DNA from: Thermoanaerobaculia bacterium
GTDB lineage: Bacteria; Acidobacteriota; Thermoanaerobaculia; UBA5066
Assembly: GCA_038245905.1 (NCBI GenBank)
Contig: JBBRRY010000002.1
Coordinates: 128,001 to 192,000, forward strand
Length of the DNA: 64,000 nucleotides
Direction: 5' to 3'
Position 1 is the first letter of the stretch, and the number at the start of each line of letters is the position of its first letter. Under the pieces are notes generated by a model. It did no database searches. It saw only the letters and a list, made by a program, of their open reading frames with translations, and was not told the DNA's origin. Below, in pieces: positions 47,315 to 56,652 of this stretch. Made by a program: the position numbers and the translations under genes.

Positions 47315-48235
47315 ATGCGCCCAACGCCGACCGCCGCGATCTGTTTTTCTCTCTTCCTCGCCGCTGCCTCAGGTACCGCCCAGAAGCCCGAGTGCTCGAT
47401 CCGCCCCGCTCGGGGCACGGGACAGGCCGAGTTCCGCGGCCTCGCGAGAATCAGCTCGAAGGACGCCGAGGCCCGGGCCGTCGCCTCCGTCGCGCCGAAC
47501 AAGGTGAATTCCGTCATGTCCTCGGAAGTCGAGGTCGTGAACGGCTGCCTCGCCTACCCGTTCGACCTCCGCTTCGCGAACAAGGACGGCGTTCAAGAGG
47601 TCATGGTCGATGCGGGTGACGGGAAGATCCTGTCGTCCGAGTACGAGCCGCCGGCCGGCGGAGCGGCGGCACAAACGGCGCCGTCGACTCCCGCTCCGGG
47701 CGTGCCGGCGATTCCGGAAGGGACGCCGCCCGCGGCCCTTCCCCCCGGCGTCGTCCCCGTGACGGATGCCATCGCCGCCGCGGAGGAGGCGTCGATCCGG
47801 AAGGTGATCGACGCCGAGGAGGACGCGTGGAACCGCGGCGACGCGAAGGCGTTCGCGGCCCGCTTCCAGGAAGAGGGAACGTTCACGGACGTTTTCGGCG
47901 CGGTCTCGCACAGCCGCGCCGAGCTGGAGAAACGCCAGATCGAGTTCTTCGCGTCTCTCTTCAAGGGCAGCCGGTTGGCCCTCAAGGTGCGAAGAGTCCG
48001 CTTCCTCCGTCCGGACGTCGCGATCGTGGAGATCGACACGGAAGTGTCCGGCTTCAAGAAACTTCCTCCGGTCGTGTACGTGGATGCGGAAAGGGTGCTC
48101 CGGACGCGGCTTCAACAGGTGATGGCGAAGGCGGGGACCGGCTGGATGGTCGCGGCGTTCCACAACGTGGACGTCAAGACTCCGCCCGAGACGCTCGTCG
48201 ACCCGGAAGACCCCGCGCGCGTCCGCCGCCGTTAG
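47315..48235 (+). CDS. Secreted PepSY-like plus SgcJ/EcaC (DUF4440, NTF2-like) fusion protein
   Basis: Signal peptide; EV.VDAGDGKILS PepSY end; Pro/Ala linker; AWNRGDA.AFA..F, VRFLRPDVAIV, W.VAAFHN. Confidence 0.75.
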   Translation: MRPTPTAAICFSLFLAAASGTAQKPECSIRPARGTGQAEFRGLARISSKDAEARAVASVAPNKVNSVMSSEVEVVNGCLAYPFDLRFANKDGVQEVMVDAGDGKILSSEYEPPAGGAAAQTAPSTPAPGVPAIPEGTPPAALPPGVVPVTDAIAAAEEASIRKVIDAEEDAWNRGDAKAFAARFQEEGTFTDVFGAVSHSRAELEKRQIEFFASLFKGSRLALKVRRVRFLRPDVAIVEIDTEVSGFKKLPPVVYVDAERVLRTRLQQVMAKAGTGWMVAAFHNVDVKTPPETLVDPEDPARVRRR

Positions 48236-48311
48236 AGTCTGGCCCCCTCGTCACCTCTTCAAGGTTGTGAGTGGTGCGCCCAGTACAGAGGAAAGGATCG
48301 GTCACGTATTC

Positions 48312-48712
48312 ATGATTCTGGTCAAGGCCAACAAGGAAAGCGAAGCGGGGGTCATGCCCGGGAAGGAACTCCTCGCCGCGATGGGGAACTTCAACGAGGA
48401 GCTCGTCAGAGCGGGCGTGCTGCTCGCGGCCGACGGCCTCCAACGGAGCGCGAGGGGCGCGCGCGTCAGGTTCTCGGGCAGCAAGCGAACCGTCGTCGAC
48501 GGCCCCTTCACCGAAACCAAGGAGCTCGTCGGGTGAAGCGCTGCCCAAACCCCCACGAAGGCGATTCCGAGATCGAAATCCGGCCGATTTTCGACGCATC
48601 CGATTTTGACCCGGAGTACGTGGCGGGGCTCATCGAGCGCAGGGAGCGCCTCGCCGCTGAGCTCGCGGCTGCCGGGCGCCCGGTACCGGAGCATCTCAAG
48701 AAGAAGAGCTGA
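48312..48712 (+). pseudogene. YciI (DGPF-domain) pseudogene
   Basis: MILVKA...DGPFTETKELVG stops at 48536; remainder VKRCPNP...EIEIRPIF continues in another frame, implying an internal deletion. Confidence 0.8.
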
Positions 48713-48859
48713 CCCTCGACTGGCTCCATCTCGCCGGGACGCTCGTTTCGGAATCGTGCACGCCCGCTCATGCGGGCTGACGCCCCTCGTATAGAGTCCC
48801 TGAATCGTGCCGGACTCCGCTCCGCAGCATTCCGACGCGCCAGGGCTCTGGAGGCTCGT

Positions 48860-51727
48860 TTGACCTCGGAAGAGGCCTACAGACGGCCGGTCGAGGGTGT
48901 GTTGTCCGCCCTCGGGGCCAACCCGCGGGACGGATTGAGCGACGCGGAGGCGCGCGCGCGGCTCGAACGCGACGGCCCGAACGAGCTTCGAGCGAAACGG
49001 GCCGTACCCGTGTGGCGACGGTTTCTCGCTCAGTTCCAGAACGTGCTCGTCATTTTGCTGCTCGTGGCGACCGCGATCTCGGCCGCACTGTGGTTCTACG
49101 AGCGCGACTCCGCCCTGCCTTACGAAGCGCTGACGATCCTGGCCGTGGTGCTGCTCAACGCGGCTCTCGGCACCATCCAGGAGTCGCGCGCCGAGTCCGC
49201 GGTGGCGGCGCTCCGGCAGATGGCCGCCGCGCACGCGCACGTGATTCGCGGGGGCGAGCGGCGTAGCGTCCCGGCGGCCGAGGTCGTGCCCGGCGACATC
49301 GTGATCGTCGAGGAAGGCGACACGATTCCGGCCGACGGGCGGCTCATCCGTGAAACCGCCCTGCAGACCGCAGAGAGCGCTCTCACCGGCGAGAGCCTGC
49401 CGGTCACGAAAGGCGTGTCGCCGATCCTCGAAGATGTCGGGCTGGGCGACCGTCACAACATGCTCTTCAGCGGCACGGCGGTCACGTACGGGCGCGGAAG
49501 GGCGGTCGTAGTCGCGACCGGCATGCAGACCGAGATGGGGCGCATCGCCGGACTGCTCGAGGAAACCCCCGAGGTGCTCACGCCGCTCCAGAAGGACCTC
49601 GACCGCGTCGGAAAGCTCCTCGGCGCGATCGTCGTCGTCATCGCCGTCGTGATGATCGGGACGATCATCCTCGTCGAGCACGTGCGCGGCTTCGCCGCCC
49701 TCTTCGACGTTCTCATCCTGGGCGTCGCCCTTGCGGTCGCGGCCGTTCCGGAGGGCTTGCCGGCGGTCGTCACGGCGGTCCTCTCTCTGGGCGTGCAGCG
49801 CGCCGCGAAGAAGAACGCGATCGTGCGTCATCTCTCCGCGGTCGAGACCCTGGGCTCCGCGAACGTCATCGCATCGGACAAGACGGGCACTCTGACGAAG
49901 AACGAGATGACGGTGCGCGTCGTCGTCACGGCGAGCGGTCGTGTGCGTTTCGGCGGTACGGGCTACTCGCCTGAAGGAGAGATCCTGCGGGACGGCGGCG
50001 GCACGATCGACGGCGCGTTCCGCGTCGAGCTCGAGCGCACCCTAGCGGCCGCCAACCGCGTCAACAACGCCGTCCTGGAGGAGCGCGAGGGGCGCTTTTC
50101 GGTGCAGGGCGATCCGACCGAGGGAGCGTTGATCGTCGCCGCGCGGAAGGCCGGCCTCGAGGAGGAAACCCTCGCCGCTCGGTTCGCGCGCGTTGCGGAG
50201 GTGCCGTTCTCCTCCGAGCGAAAGCTGATGAGCACGATTCACAGCGACGCAGAACGAGGGGAAAGGCTGCTCGCCTTCACGAAGGGCGCGCCCGACGTGC
50301 TGCTCGCGCGATGCACGGGAGAGCTCGTCGGAGAGAAGATCACGCCCCTCACGGAAAAGCGGCGCGCCGAGGTGGCTGGCACCAACGAAAGGCTCGCCGG
50401 CGAGGCCCTGCGCACGCTCGGGGTCGCGTTCCGGTCCTGGCCGAAGGACGCGCTCCAGGTCGAGGACGTCGACGAAGGCGTCGAGGAGGACCTCGTGTTC
50501 CTCGGGCTGATCGGCATGATCGACCCGCCGCGGGACGAGGCGAAGGATGCGGTCGCCCGGGCCCGCGCCGCCGGCATCCGGCCGATCATGATCACCGGCG
50601 ATCATCCCGGCACGGCCGTGGTCATCGCGCAGGAGCTCAGGCTCGTCGAGAACGCCCGGGCGACGACGGGCGCGGAGATCGCGAAGATGACCGACGAGGC
50701 GCTCGACCGCACGGTTCGGGAAGTCTCGGTCTACGCGCGCGTGAATCCCGAGCACAAGCTCCGGATCGTCAAGTCGCTGCAGCGGGGAGGCGCGGTCGTC
50801 GCGATGACGGGCGACGGCGTCAACGACGCGCCCGCCCTCAAGGCCGCGGACATCGGAATCGCGATGGGCATCATGGGAACGGACGTCGCCAAGGAGGCCG
50901 CCGACATGATCCTCGCGGACGACAACTTCGCGACGATCGTCGGGGCCGTCGAAGAGGGACGCACGATCTACTCCAACATCCGGAAGTTCCTCCGCTACCT
51001 CCTCTCGTCGAACCTGGGCGAGGTGATGACGATGTTCTTGGGAGTCGTCTTCGCCCGCACGATTGGCCTGAAGGCGGCGGAAGGCAGCGTCGTGTTGCCG
51101 CTCCTCGCGACGCAGCTTCTCTGGATCAACCTTGTCACGGACGGCGCGCCGGCGCTCGCGCTCGGGGTCGATCCCGCCGACCCGGAACTCATGCGCCTTC
51201 CGCCACGCCCGCTGAGCGAGCGCGTGATCACACGCGCCATGTGGGGAGGGATCTTTCTGGTCGGCGCGGTCATCGCCGCCGGGACGCTGCTCGTGCTGGA
51301 CGCCAGCCTCCCCGGCGGCCTGATCGAGGGGAGCGGCAGCATGCGTTACGCGCAGACGATGGCGTTCACGACGCTGACTTTCTTTTCCCTCTTCACGATC
51401 TTCAATGCGCGTTCCGACGAGCGCAGCGCCTTCACCGGCATGTTCGAGAACGGATGGCTCTGGGCGGCGATCGCACTGTCGGTACTGCTTCAGATCGCCG
51501 TCGTCCACGTGCCCGTCCTGCAGCGGGCGTTTTCGACCGTCAGCCTGAGCCTCCCCGACTGGCTGCGCTGTGCCGCAGTCGCGAGCTCCGTGCTCTGGCT
51601 GCGGGAGCTGACCAAGATCTTGTCCCGCTGGCGTTCGCGGCGCGATTCCTCCTCGCGCGCACTTCCGAACATTGCGACCTCGAGACGAGCTGGTGCCCCC
51701 GGAGGACGAGTTTTGCGGAATAATTGA
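48860..51727 (+). CDS. Cation-transporting P-type ATPase (P2A, Ca2+-type)
   Basis: TGES, PEGLP, DKTGTLT, KGAPD, DPPR, MITGD, TGDGVND, WINLVTDG; TTG start after GGAGG. Confidence 0.93.
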   Translation: MTSEEAYRRPVEGVLSALGANPRDGLSDAEARARLERDGPNELRAKRAVPVWRRFLAQFQNVLVILLLVATAISAALWFYERDSALPYEALTILAVVLLNAALGTIQESRAESAVAALRQMAAAHAHVIRGGERRSVPAAEVVPGDIVIVEEGDTIPADGRLIRETALQTAESALTGESLPVTKGVSPILEDVGLGDRHNMLFSGTAVTYGRGRAVVVATGMQTEMGRIAGLLEETPEVLTPLQKDLDRVGKLLGAIVVVIAVVMIGTIILVEHVRGFAALFDVLILGVALAVAAVPEGLPAVVTAVLSLGVQRAAKKNAIVRHLSAVETLGSANVIASDKTGTLTKNEMTVRVVVTASGRVRFGGTGYSPEGEILRDGGGTIDGAFRVELERTLAAANRVNNAVLEEREGRFSVQGDPTEGALIVAARKAGLEEETLAARFARVAEVPFSSERKLMSTIHSDAERGERLLAFTKGAPDVLLARCTGELVGEKITPLTEKRRAEVAGTNERLAGEALRTLGVAFRSWPKDALQVEDVDEGVEEDLVFLGLIGMIDPPRDEAKDAVARARAAGIRPIMITGDHPGTAVVIAQELRLVENARATTGAEIAKMTDEALDRTVREVSVYARVNPEHKLRIVKSLQRGGAVVAMTGDGVNDAPALKAADIGIAMGIMGTDVAKEAADMILADDNFATIVGAVEEGRTIYSNIRKFLRYLLSSNLGEVMTMFLGVVFARTIGLKAAEGSVVLPLLATQLLWINLVTDGAPALALGVDPADPELMRLPPRPLSERVITRAMWGGIFLVGAVIAAGTLLVLDASLPGGLIEGSGSMRYAQTMAFTTLTFFSLFTIFNARSDERSAFTGMFENGWLWAAIALSVLLQIAVVHVPVLQRAFSTVSLSLPDWLRCAAVASSVLWLRELTKILSRWRSRRDSSSRALPNIATSRRAGAPGGRVLRNN

Positions 51728-51783
51728 CGTGACTCGCGCATGGCGTTGGGGATTGCCTTAGGGCTCCCCAGGAGGAGGCCAAG

Positions 51784-52818
51784 ATGAAAGCACTCGTGTA
51801 CGGCGGCCCGGGCAAGATCGAACTCACGGAGGTCCCCAAGCCGAACGTGGAGAAGGCCACAGATGCGGTCGTCAAGATCGTGAAAACGACGATCTGCGGA
51901 ACGGACCTCGGCATCCTGCACGGCAAGACGCCGACCTGCAAGCCGGGGACCACCCTCGGCCACGAGGGCGTGGGGGTCGTCGAGGAAGTGGGGCAAGGTG
52001 TCCGTACGTTCAAGAAGGGGGATCGGGTCATTATTTCCTGCATCACCTCGGACGGCTCCTGCGAGTACTGCAAGAAGCAGCTCTACTCGCACTGCGAGGA
52101 TGGTGGCTGGATCCTCGGCCACTTGATCCACGGGACCCAGGCCGAGTACGTGCGCATTCCGCATGCGGACAACAGCCTCTACAAAATCCCCTCCGGGACG
52201 GATGAGGAATCGCTCGTCATGCTCAGCGACATCCTGCCGACAGGGCACGAGATCGGCGTGCAGAATGGCCGCGTGAAGCCGGGCGACACGATCGCCATCG
52301 TGGGGGCCGGGCCCATCGGCATGTCGGCCCTGCTGACCGCCCAGTTCTACTCTCCGGCGAAGATCTACATGATCGATCTGGACGACAACCGGCTCAAGGC
52401 CGCCAAGAGCTTCGGTGCCACGGAGGTCATCAATTCAGGCAAGGAGGATGCGGTCAAGAAGATCATGGCGGGGACGAAAGACGGCGTGGACGTGGCCATC
52501 GAAGCGGTGGGGATGCCGGCTACCTTCGATATCTGCCAGGCCATCGTCCGCCCCGGCGGCCGCGTCGCGAACGTGGGCGTGCATGGCAAGCCCGTGAACC
52601 TCCAGATCCAGGACCTCTGGATCCGCAACATCACGCTGACCACCGGCCTGGTCAATACGAATACGACCCCCATGCTGCTCAAGACCGTCATCTCCGGCAG
52701 GCTCGACCCGAGCAAGCTGGTGACCCACCACTTCAAGCTGGCAGACATCCTCCACGCCTATGACGTGTTCGGCAACGCGGCGAAGGAGAATGCCATGAAG
52801 GTCATCGTCGAGGTGTGA
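51784..52818 (+). CDS. Zinc-dependent alcohol dehydrogenase family protein
   Basis: ICGTD, GHEGVG, SDILPTG, GAGPIG; AGGAGGAGG RBS. Confidence 0.92.
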   Translation: MKALVYGGPGKIELTEVPKPNVEKATDAVVKIVKTTICGTDLGILHGKTPTCKPGTTLGHEGVGVVEEVGQGVRTFKKGDRVIISCITSDGSCEYCKKQLYSHCEDGGWILGHLIHGTQAEYVRIPHADNSLYKIPSGTDEESLVMLSDILPTGHEIGVQNGRVKPGDTIAIVGAGPIGMSALLTAQFYSPAKIYMIDLDDNRLKAAKSFGATEVINSGKEDAVKKIMAGTKDGVDVAIEAVGMPATFDICQAIVRPGGRVANVGVHGKPVNLQIQDLWIRNITLTTGLVNTNTTPMLLKTVISGRLDPSKLVTHHFKLADILHAYDVFGNAAKENAMKVIVEV

Positions 52819-52929
52819 GCGTGGGTCCATCCCGGTGGCCGCCCTTGCCAAGGGGCGCGGGCGCGCGGCGAAAAATGCGCTCCTCCCCGTGAGGGCGGCG
52901 GCGATTCCAAGATGCTCTAATCGGGCTCC

Positions 52930-53399
52930 GTGACGGAGCCCGATCCTCATCGCACGATCGAAGCCGTCTGGCGGATCGAGTCGCCGAGGCTCGTCGCCGG
53001 CCTCGCGCGCATGCTTCGGGACGTCGGGCTCGCCGAGGATTTCGCGCAGGACGCGCTCGTCGCCGCTCTCGAGAGGTGGCCCGAGGCGGGCGTTCCCGAT
53101 AACCCCGGCGCCTGGCTCATGGCCACGGCGCTACGCCGCGACGGCCGGGAGCGACTGGACCCGCCCGCAGCACTGCGCGGAAGCGAACGTCGCCGCGCGC
53201 GCGTGACGAGCTCGCGATTCTCTCGCCCTCTCCCGTCGTCGAGCTGAATCGCGGGATCGCGCACGGAATGGCGTTCGGTCCGGCGGCGGGCTTCGAGATC
53301 GTCGACGCACTCTCCGCCGAGCCGGCGCTCACCGAAAACGAGAGAGAGCGGGCGTTCCTTCGAGCCCGCGCGAGCGGAATCGGGGGCGGCTCCTCGTGA
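52930..53399 (+). pseudogene. ECF sigma factor (DUF6596-type) pseudogene
   Basis: Region 2 (LAED.AQDAL.AALE.WP..GVP.NPGAWL) followed by disjoint fragments YAATAGSDWTRP, SPVVELNR, NERERAFL in shifted frames. Confidence 0.8.
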
Positions 53400-53426
53400 T
53401 CGTGCTTCTGTGGCGAGGGATTGGAT

Positions 53427-53504
53427 TGGTGCGCCCAGGAGGACTCGAACCCCCAACCTTTTGATCCGTAGTCAAACGCTCTGGTCCAGTTGAGCTATGG
53501 GCGC
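53427..53504 (-). tRNA. tRNA-Arg(ACG)
   Basis: GCGCCCA...TTTGA-CTACGGA-TCAAA...GTTCGAGTCC...CCA. Confidence 0.95.
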
Positions 53505-53661
53505 ACGCGAAGATCGCGGGGACGGGGACCTTAACGGAACCCGTGGCCGGGCGCAAGTCCCTGCATTCGACGCCTGTTAGCGGGGCTCGTCCCGCGTCCC
53601 CTAAACTTCGTCCCACTCCGCCCGTATATCCCCCCAGGAACCATCGAGGAGGAAAAGCCGC

Positions 53662-54447
53662 ATGACGGCCGCGATCTCTCTCAAGGGTGTCGTGAAGAGC
53701 TTCGGAAAATTCGCCGCGGTCGATCACCTCGACCTCGAGATCCCGCACGGCACGACGTTCGGCCTCCTCGGCCCGAACGGTGCCGGGAAGACGACGACGA
53801 TCCGGATGATCATGAACATCACGAAGCCGGATTCGGGCGAGATCCGCGTCCTCGGCGAGAAGATGAGCGAGGCGCTGCAGCACCGCATCGGCTACCTGCC
53901 CGAGGAGCGGGGGCTCTATCGCAAGATGAAGGTCCTCGAGCAGCTCCTCTTCTTCGCGGCGATCAAGGACGTCGACAAGGACACGGCCATGAAGCGCCTC
54001 TCGCCGTGGATCGACTCGATGGATCTCCGCCCGTGGCTTCAGAAAAAGACCGAAGAGCTGTCGAAGGGCATGCAGCAGAAGGTCCAGTTTCTCGGCACGC
54101 TCGTGCACGACCCCGACGTCCTCATCCTCGACGAGCCGTTCTCCGGCCTCGATCCGATGAACGTCATCCTCGTGAAGGACTTCCTCACGGAGTTCAAGCG
54201 GCAGGGAAAGACCGTCATTTTCTCGACCCACGTCCTCGAGCAGGCCGAGAGGATGTGCGAGAGCATCGCGCTCCTCTATCGGGGTCGGAAGATCCTCGAC
54301 GGCACGGTCAAGGACATCAAGCACGCCTACCTCGACCGCGTTCCCCTGCCGCCACCCGTCGAGCCCGAGCCCGAACTCGAGAAAATCTTCATCAAGGCGG
54401 TCCAGGAATCGGGCCTCGAGGCCCCCACCGCCGAGGAGCTCAAGTAA
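53662..54447 (+). CDS. ABC-2 transporter ATP-binding protein (NatA/YhaQ-like)
   Basis: GPNGAGKTT, YLPEERGLY, LSKGMQQK, ILDEPFSGLDP. Confidence 0.93.
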   Translation: MTAAISLKGVVKSFGKFAAVDHLDLEIPHGTTFGLLGPNGAGKTTTIRMIMNITKPDSGEIRVLGEKMSEALQHRIGYLPEERGLYRKMKVLEQLLFFAAIKDVDKDTAMKRLSPWIDSMDLRPWLQKKTEELSKGMQQKVQFLGTLVHDPDVLILDEPFSGLDPMNVILVKDFLTEFKRQGKTVIFSTHVLEQAERMCESIALLYRGRKILDGTVKDIKHAYLDRVPLPPPVEPEPELEKIFIKAVQESGLEAPTAEELK

Positions 54448-54449
54448 TC

Positions 54450-55820
54450 ATGAACGCCAAGCTGCTCGCCATCATCAAGCGCGAGTACCTCCAGCAGGTG
54501 CGCACGAAGGCCTTCTGGATCGCGACGTTCCTGATCCCCGGACTCGGCCTCGGCATGATCTTCATCCAGGTCGCGCTCTCGCGCACGCTCGTGGCCAAGG
54601 GCCGCATCGGCGTCGTCGATCTCTCCGGCCGCCTCTACGAGCCGCTCCTCGCGGAATACAAGGCGAGGCCGACCGACGAAGAGGAAGGGACGAAGACCGA
54701 GCCGGGCAAGGACAAGAAGACGCCGGACGCACCGGTGCTCGAGAAGGCGAGCCAGGCGCAGAAGCCGAAGCTCGTCACGAAGCTCGACCTCTTTCAGGTG
54801 AACGCGACGCCCGAGACGCTCCCGGCCGTCCGCACGAAGCTCAACGAAGACGTCCAGAAAGAGCGCATCAAGGCTTACATCGTCCTCACGCCGAAAACGC
54901 TCGAGACGGGTGCCGCCGAGTGGCGCGCGCAGAGCGTGAAGGCCGAGGTCGTCATGCGCGAGCAGATCGCGAACTATCTCTCGCGCGCCGCGACGAAAGA
55001 GCGGCTCCGGGACAAGGGCGTCGATCCGAAGGTCTACGAGGCCGCGCGCGTGCGCGTCGACCTCGAGGCCCACGAGGCGCAGGAGATCGAGAGCGGCGAG
55101 AGCGGCAAGAACGTGGGGTTCAACATCGCCGTCTCGGCCACGTTCTTCTTCCTCATCTACATCTCGATCTTCATGTACGGCGCGTACATCATGCGCGGCG
55201 TCCTCGAGGAGAAGAACAACCGCATCGTCGAGGTCATCGTCTCGTCCGTGCGCCCGACGACGCTCATGCTCGGGAAGATCCTCGGCATCGGCCTCGTGGG
55301 CCTCACGCAGTATGCCGTCTGGGCGGGCCTCGCCATCGCCGTCACACTGCCGGGCGCGGCGGCGGTGATGGGGATGTCGGAGGGGATCCCGCACATTCCC
55401 ACGGGCACGATCGGGGCCTTCGTCCTCTTCTTCGTCCTCGGCTACTTCCTCTACGCGTCGCTCTACGCCGCGCTGACGGCCCCGTTCAACACGGAGCAGG
55501 AGGCGCAGCAGTTCGTGATGATCCCGGGCATGATGCTCATCCTCACGTCCACGACCTGGTTCTTCGCGTTCAACCAGCCGAACGGCACGCTCGCGACGGC
55601 CCTGTCCTTCTTCCCGTTCACGGCGCCGCTCATGATGTTCATGCGCATCAGCGTGCAGACGCCGCCGCTCTGGCAGATCGGCCTCTCCGTCACCATCCTC
55701 CTCGCCACGATCTGGGCCGTGGCCTGGTTCGCGGGACGCGTCTATCGCGTGGGCATCCTCATGTACGGCAAGAAGCCCACGCTGCCCGAGATCTTCCGCT
55801 GGGCGTTTCAGGCGGACTGA
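54450..55820 (+). CDS. ABC-2 transporter permease (NatB/YhaP-like)
   Basis: KREY...VRTKAF, EEKNNRIVE, GKILG, YRVGILMYGK. Confidence 0.9.
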   Translation: MNAKLLAIIKREYLQQVRTKAFWIATFLIPGLGLGMIFIQVALSRTLVAKGRIGVVDLSGRLYEPLLAEYKARPTDEEEGTKTEPGKDKKTPDAPVLEKASQAQKPKLVTKLDLFQVNATPETLPAVRTKLNEDVQKERIKAYIVLTPKTLETGAAEWRAQSVKAEVVMREQIANYLSRAATKERLRDKGVDPKVYEAARVRVDLEAHEAQEIESGESGKNVGFNIAVSATFFFLIYISIFMYGAYIMRGVLEEKNNRIVEVIVSSVRPTTLMLGKILGIGLVGLTQYAVWAGLAIAVTLPGAAAVMGMSEGIPHIPTGTIGAFVLFFVLGYFLYASLYAALTAPFNTEQEAQQFVMIPGMMLILTSTTWFFAFNQPNGTLATALSFFPFTAPLMMFMRISVQTPPLWQIGLSVTILLATIWAVAWFAGRVYRVGILMYGKKPTLPEIFRWAFQAD

Positions 55821-55853
55821 GGGGAGTCACCGAGGGATAGAATCGGAGGCGGC

Positions 55854-56075
55854 ATGAGAAGGTCTCCGACATCCCTTCCCGGTGAGTCCGGCGAGCCCCT
55901 CGACCACGAGGCGATCCGTCGGGCGCTTCTGACCCAGTCGGATCCGGACGCCGACGAGGCGAGCCTCATCCGCGAAAGGCTCGAGTGGTCGCCCGGAGAA
56001 CGACTCGCGGCAAACGACGCCTTCGTGGGTTTCGCGCTCAGCGTACGACCCGAAGGCCCGCTCCTCCGGGACTGA
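55854..56075 (+). CDS. Small protein, putative antitoxin partner of the downstream nucleotidyltransferase
   Basis: TAGAAT and GGAGG upstream; L..SPGERL; 4 nt before the next gene. Confidence 0.55.
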   Translation: MRRSPTSLPGESGEPLDHEAIRRALLTQSDPDADEASLIRERLEWSPGERLAANDAFVGFALSVRPEGPLLRD

Positions 56076-56079
56076 GCGA

Positions 56080-56586
56080 ATGGCCCCGCTGCAGGCCGAG
56101 GAAATTTTCGCCTGCCTGAAGCGGCACGAAGTCGACTACGTCCTCATCGGTGGATTGGCAGCCGTGCTCCATGGGTCGCCCCTCGCAACATTCGATGCCG
56201 ACATCTGCCCGGCTCGCGATTCCGCGAACCTCGAGCGCCTCGCCAGCGCGCTCCGGGAGATGGATGCCCGCATCCGTACGAGCGATGCACCGGGCGGCCT
56301 CCGATTCGGTTGCGATGCCTTCTTCCTCGCGAATGTCTCCCTTCTGAATCTCGTGACACAGTTCGGCGAACTGGATCTGTCGTTCACCCCCTCGGGGACA
56401 CAGGGGTTCTCTGATCTGATGCAACAAGCCCGCCGCCTGAAGCTCCGCGACTTCGAGATTCTCGTGGCGTCTCTGGAAGATGTGATTCGCTCCAAGGAGG
56501 CGGCAAACCGGCCCAGGGACCAGATCGCGCTTCCCCTGCTGCGGCGCCTTAGGGACGAGATCGCGAAGCGCGATTCAAAACTCTAG
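56080..56586 (+). CDS. Nucleotidyltransferase (DUF6036/AbiEii-like)
   Basis: YVLIGGLAA.LHG....T.DAD, ASLEDVIRSKEAANRP.D. Confidence 0.8.
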   Translation: MAPLQAEEIFACLKRHEVDYVLIGGLAAVLHGSPLATFDADICPARDSANLERLASALREMDARIRTSDAPGGLRFGCDAFFLANVSLLNLVTQFGELDLSFTPSGTQGFSDLMQQARRLKLRDFEILVASLEDVIRSKEAANRPRDQIALPLLRRLRDEIAKRDSKL

Positions 56587-56652
56587 TCCCAAGGGCGTCA
56601 AAAGCGCCCGTGCCTTGCGGCACGGGCGCGGCGAGCAGTTCCGAAGAGGGCG

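Larger units (their letters stand above)
48272..53438. mobile_element. Decayed genomic islet at tRNA-Arg 3' end
   Basis: 12-bp direct repeat TGGTGCGCCCAG at 48272-48283 and 53427-53438 (tRNA 3' end); two pseudogenes inside; no integrase. Confidence 0.6.
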
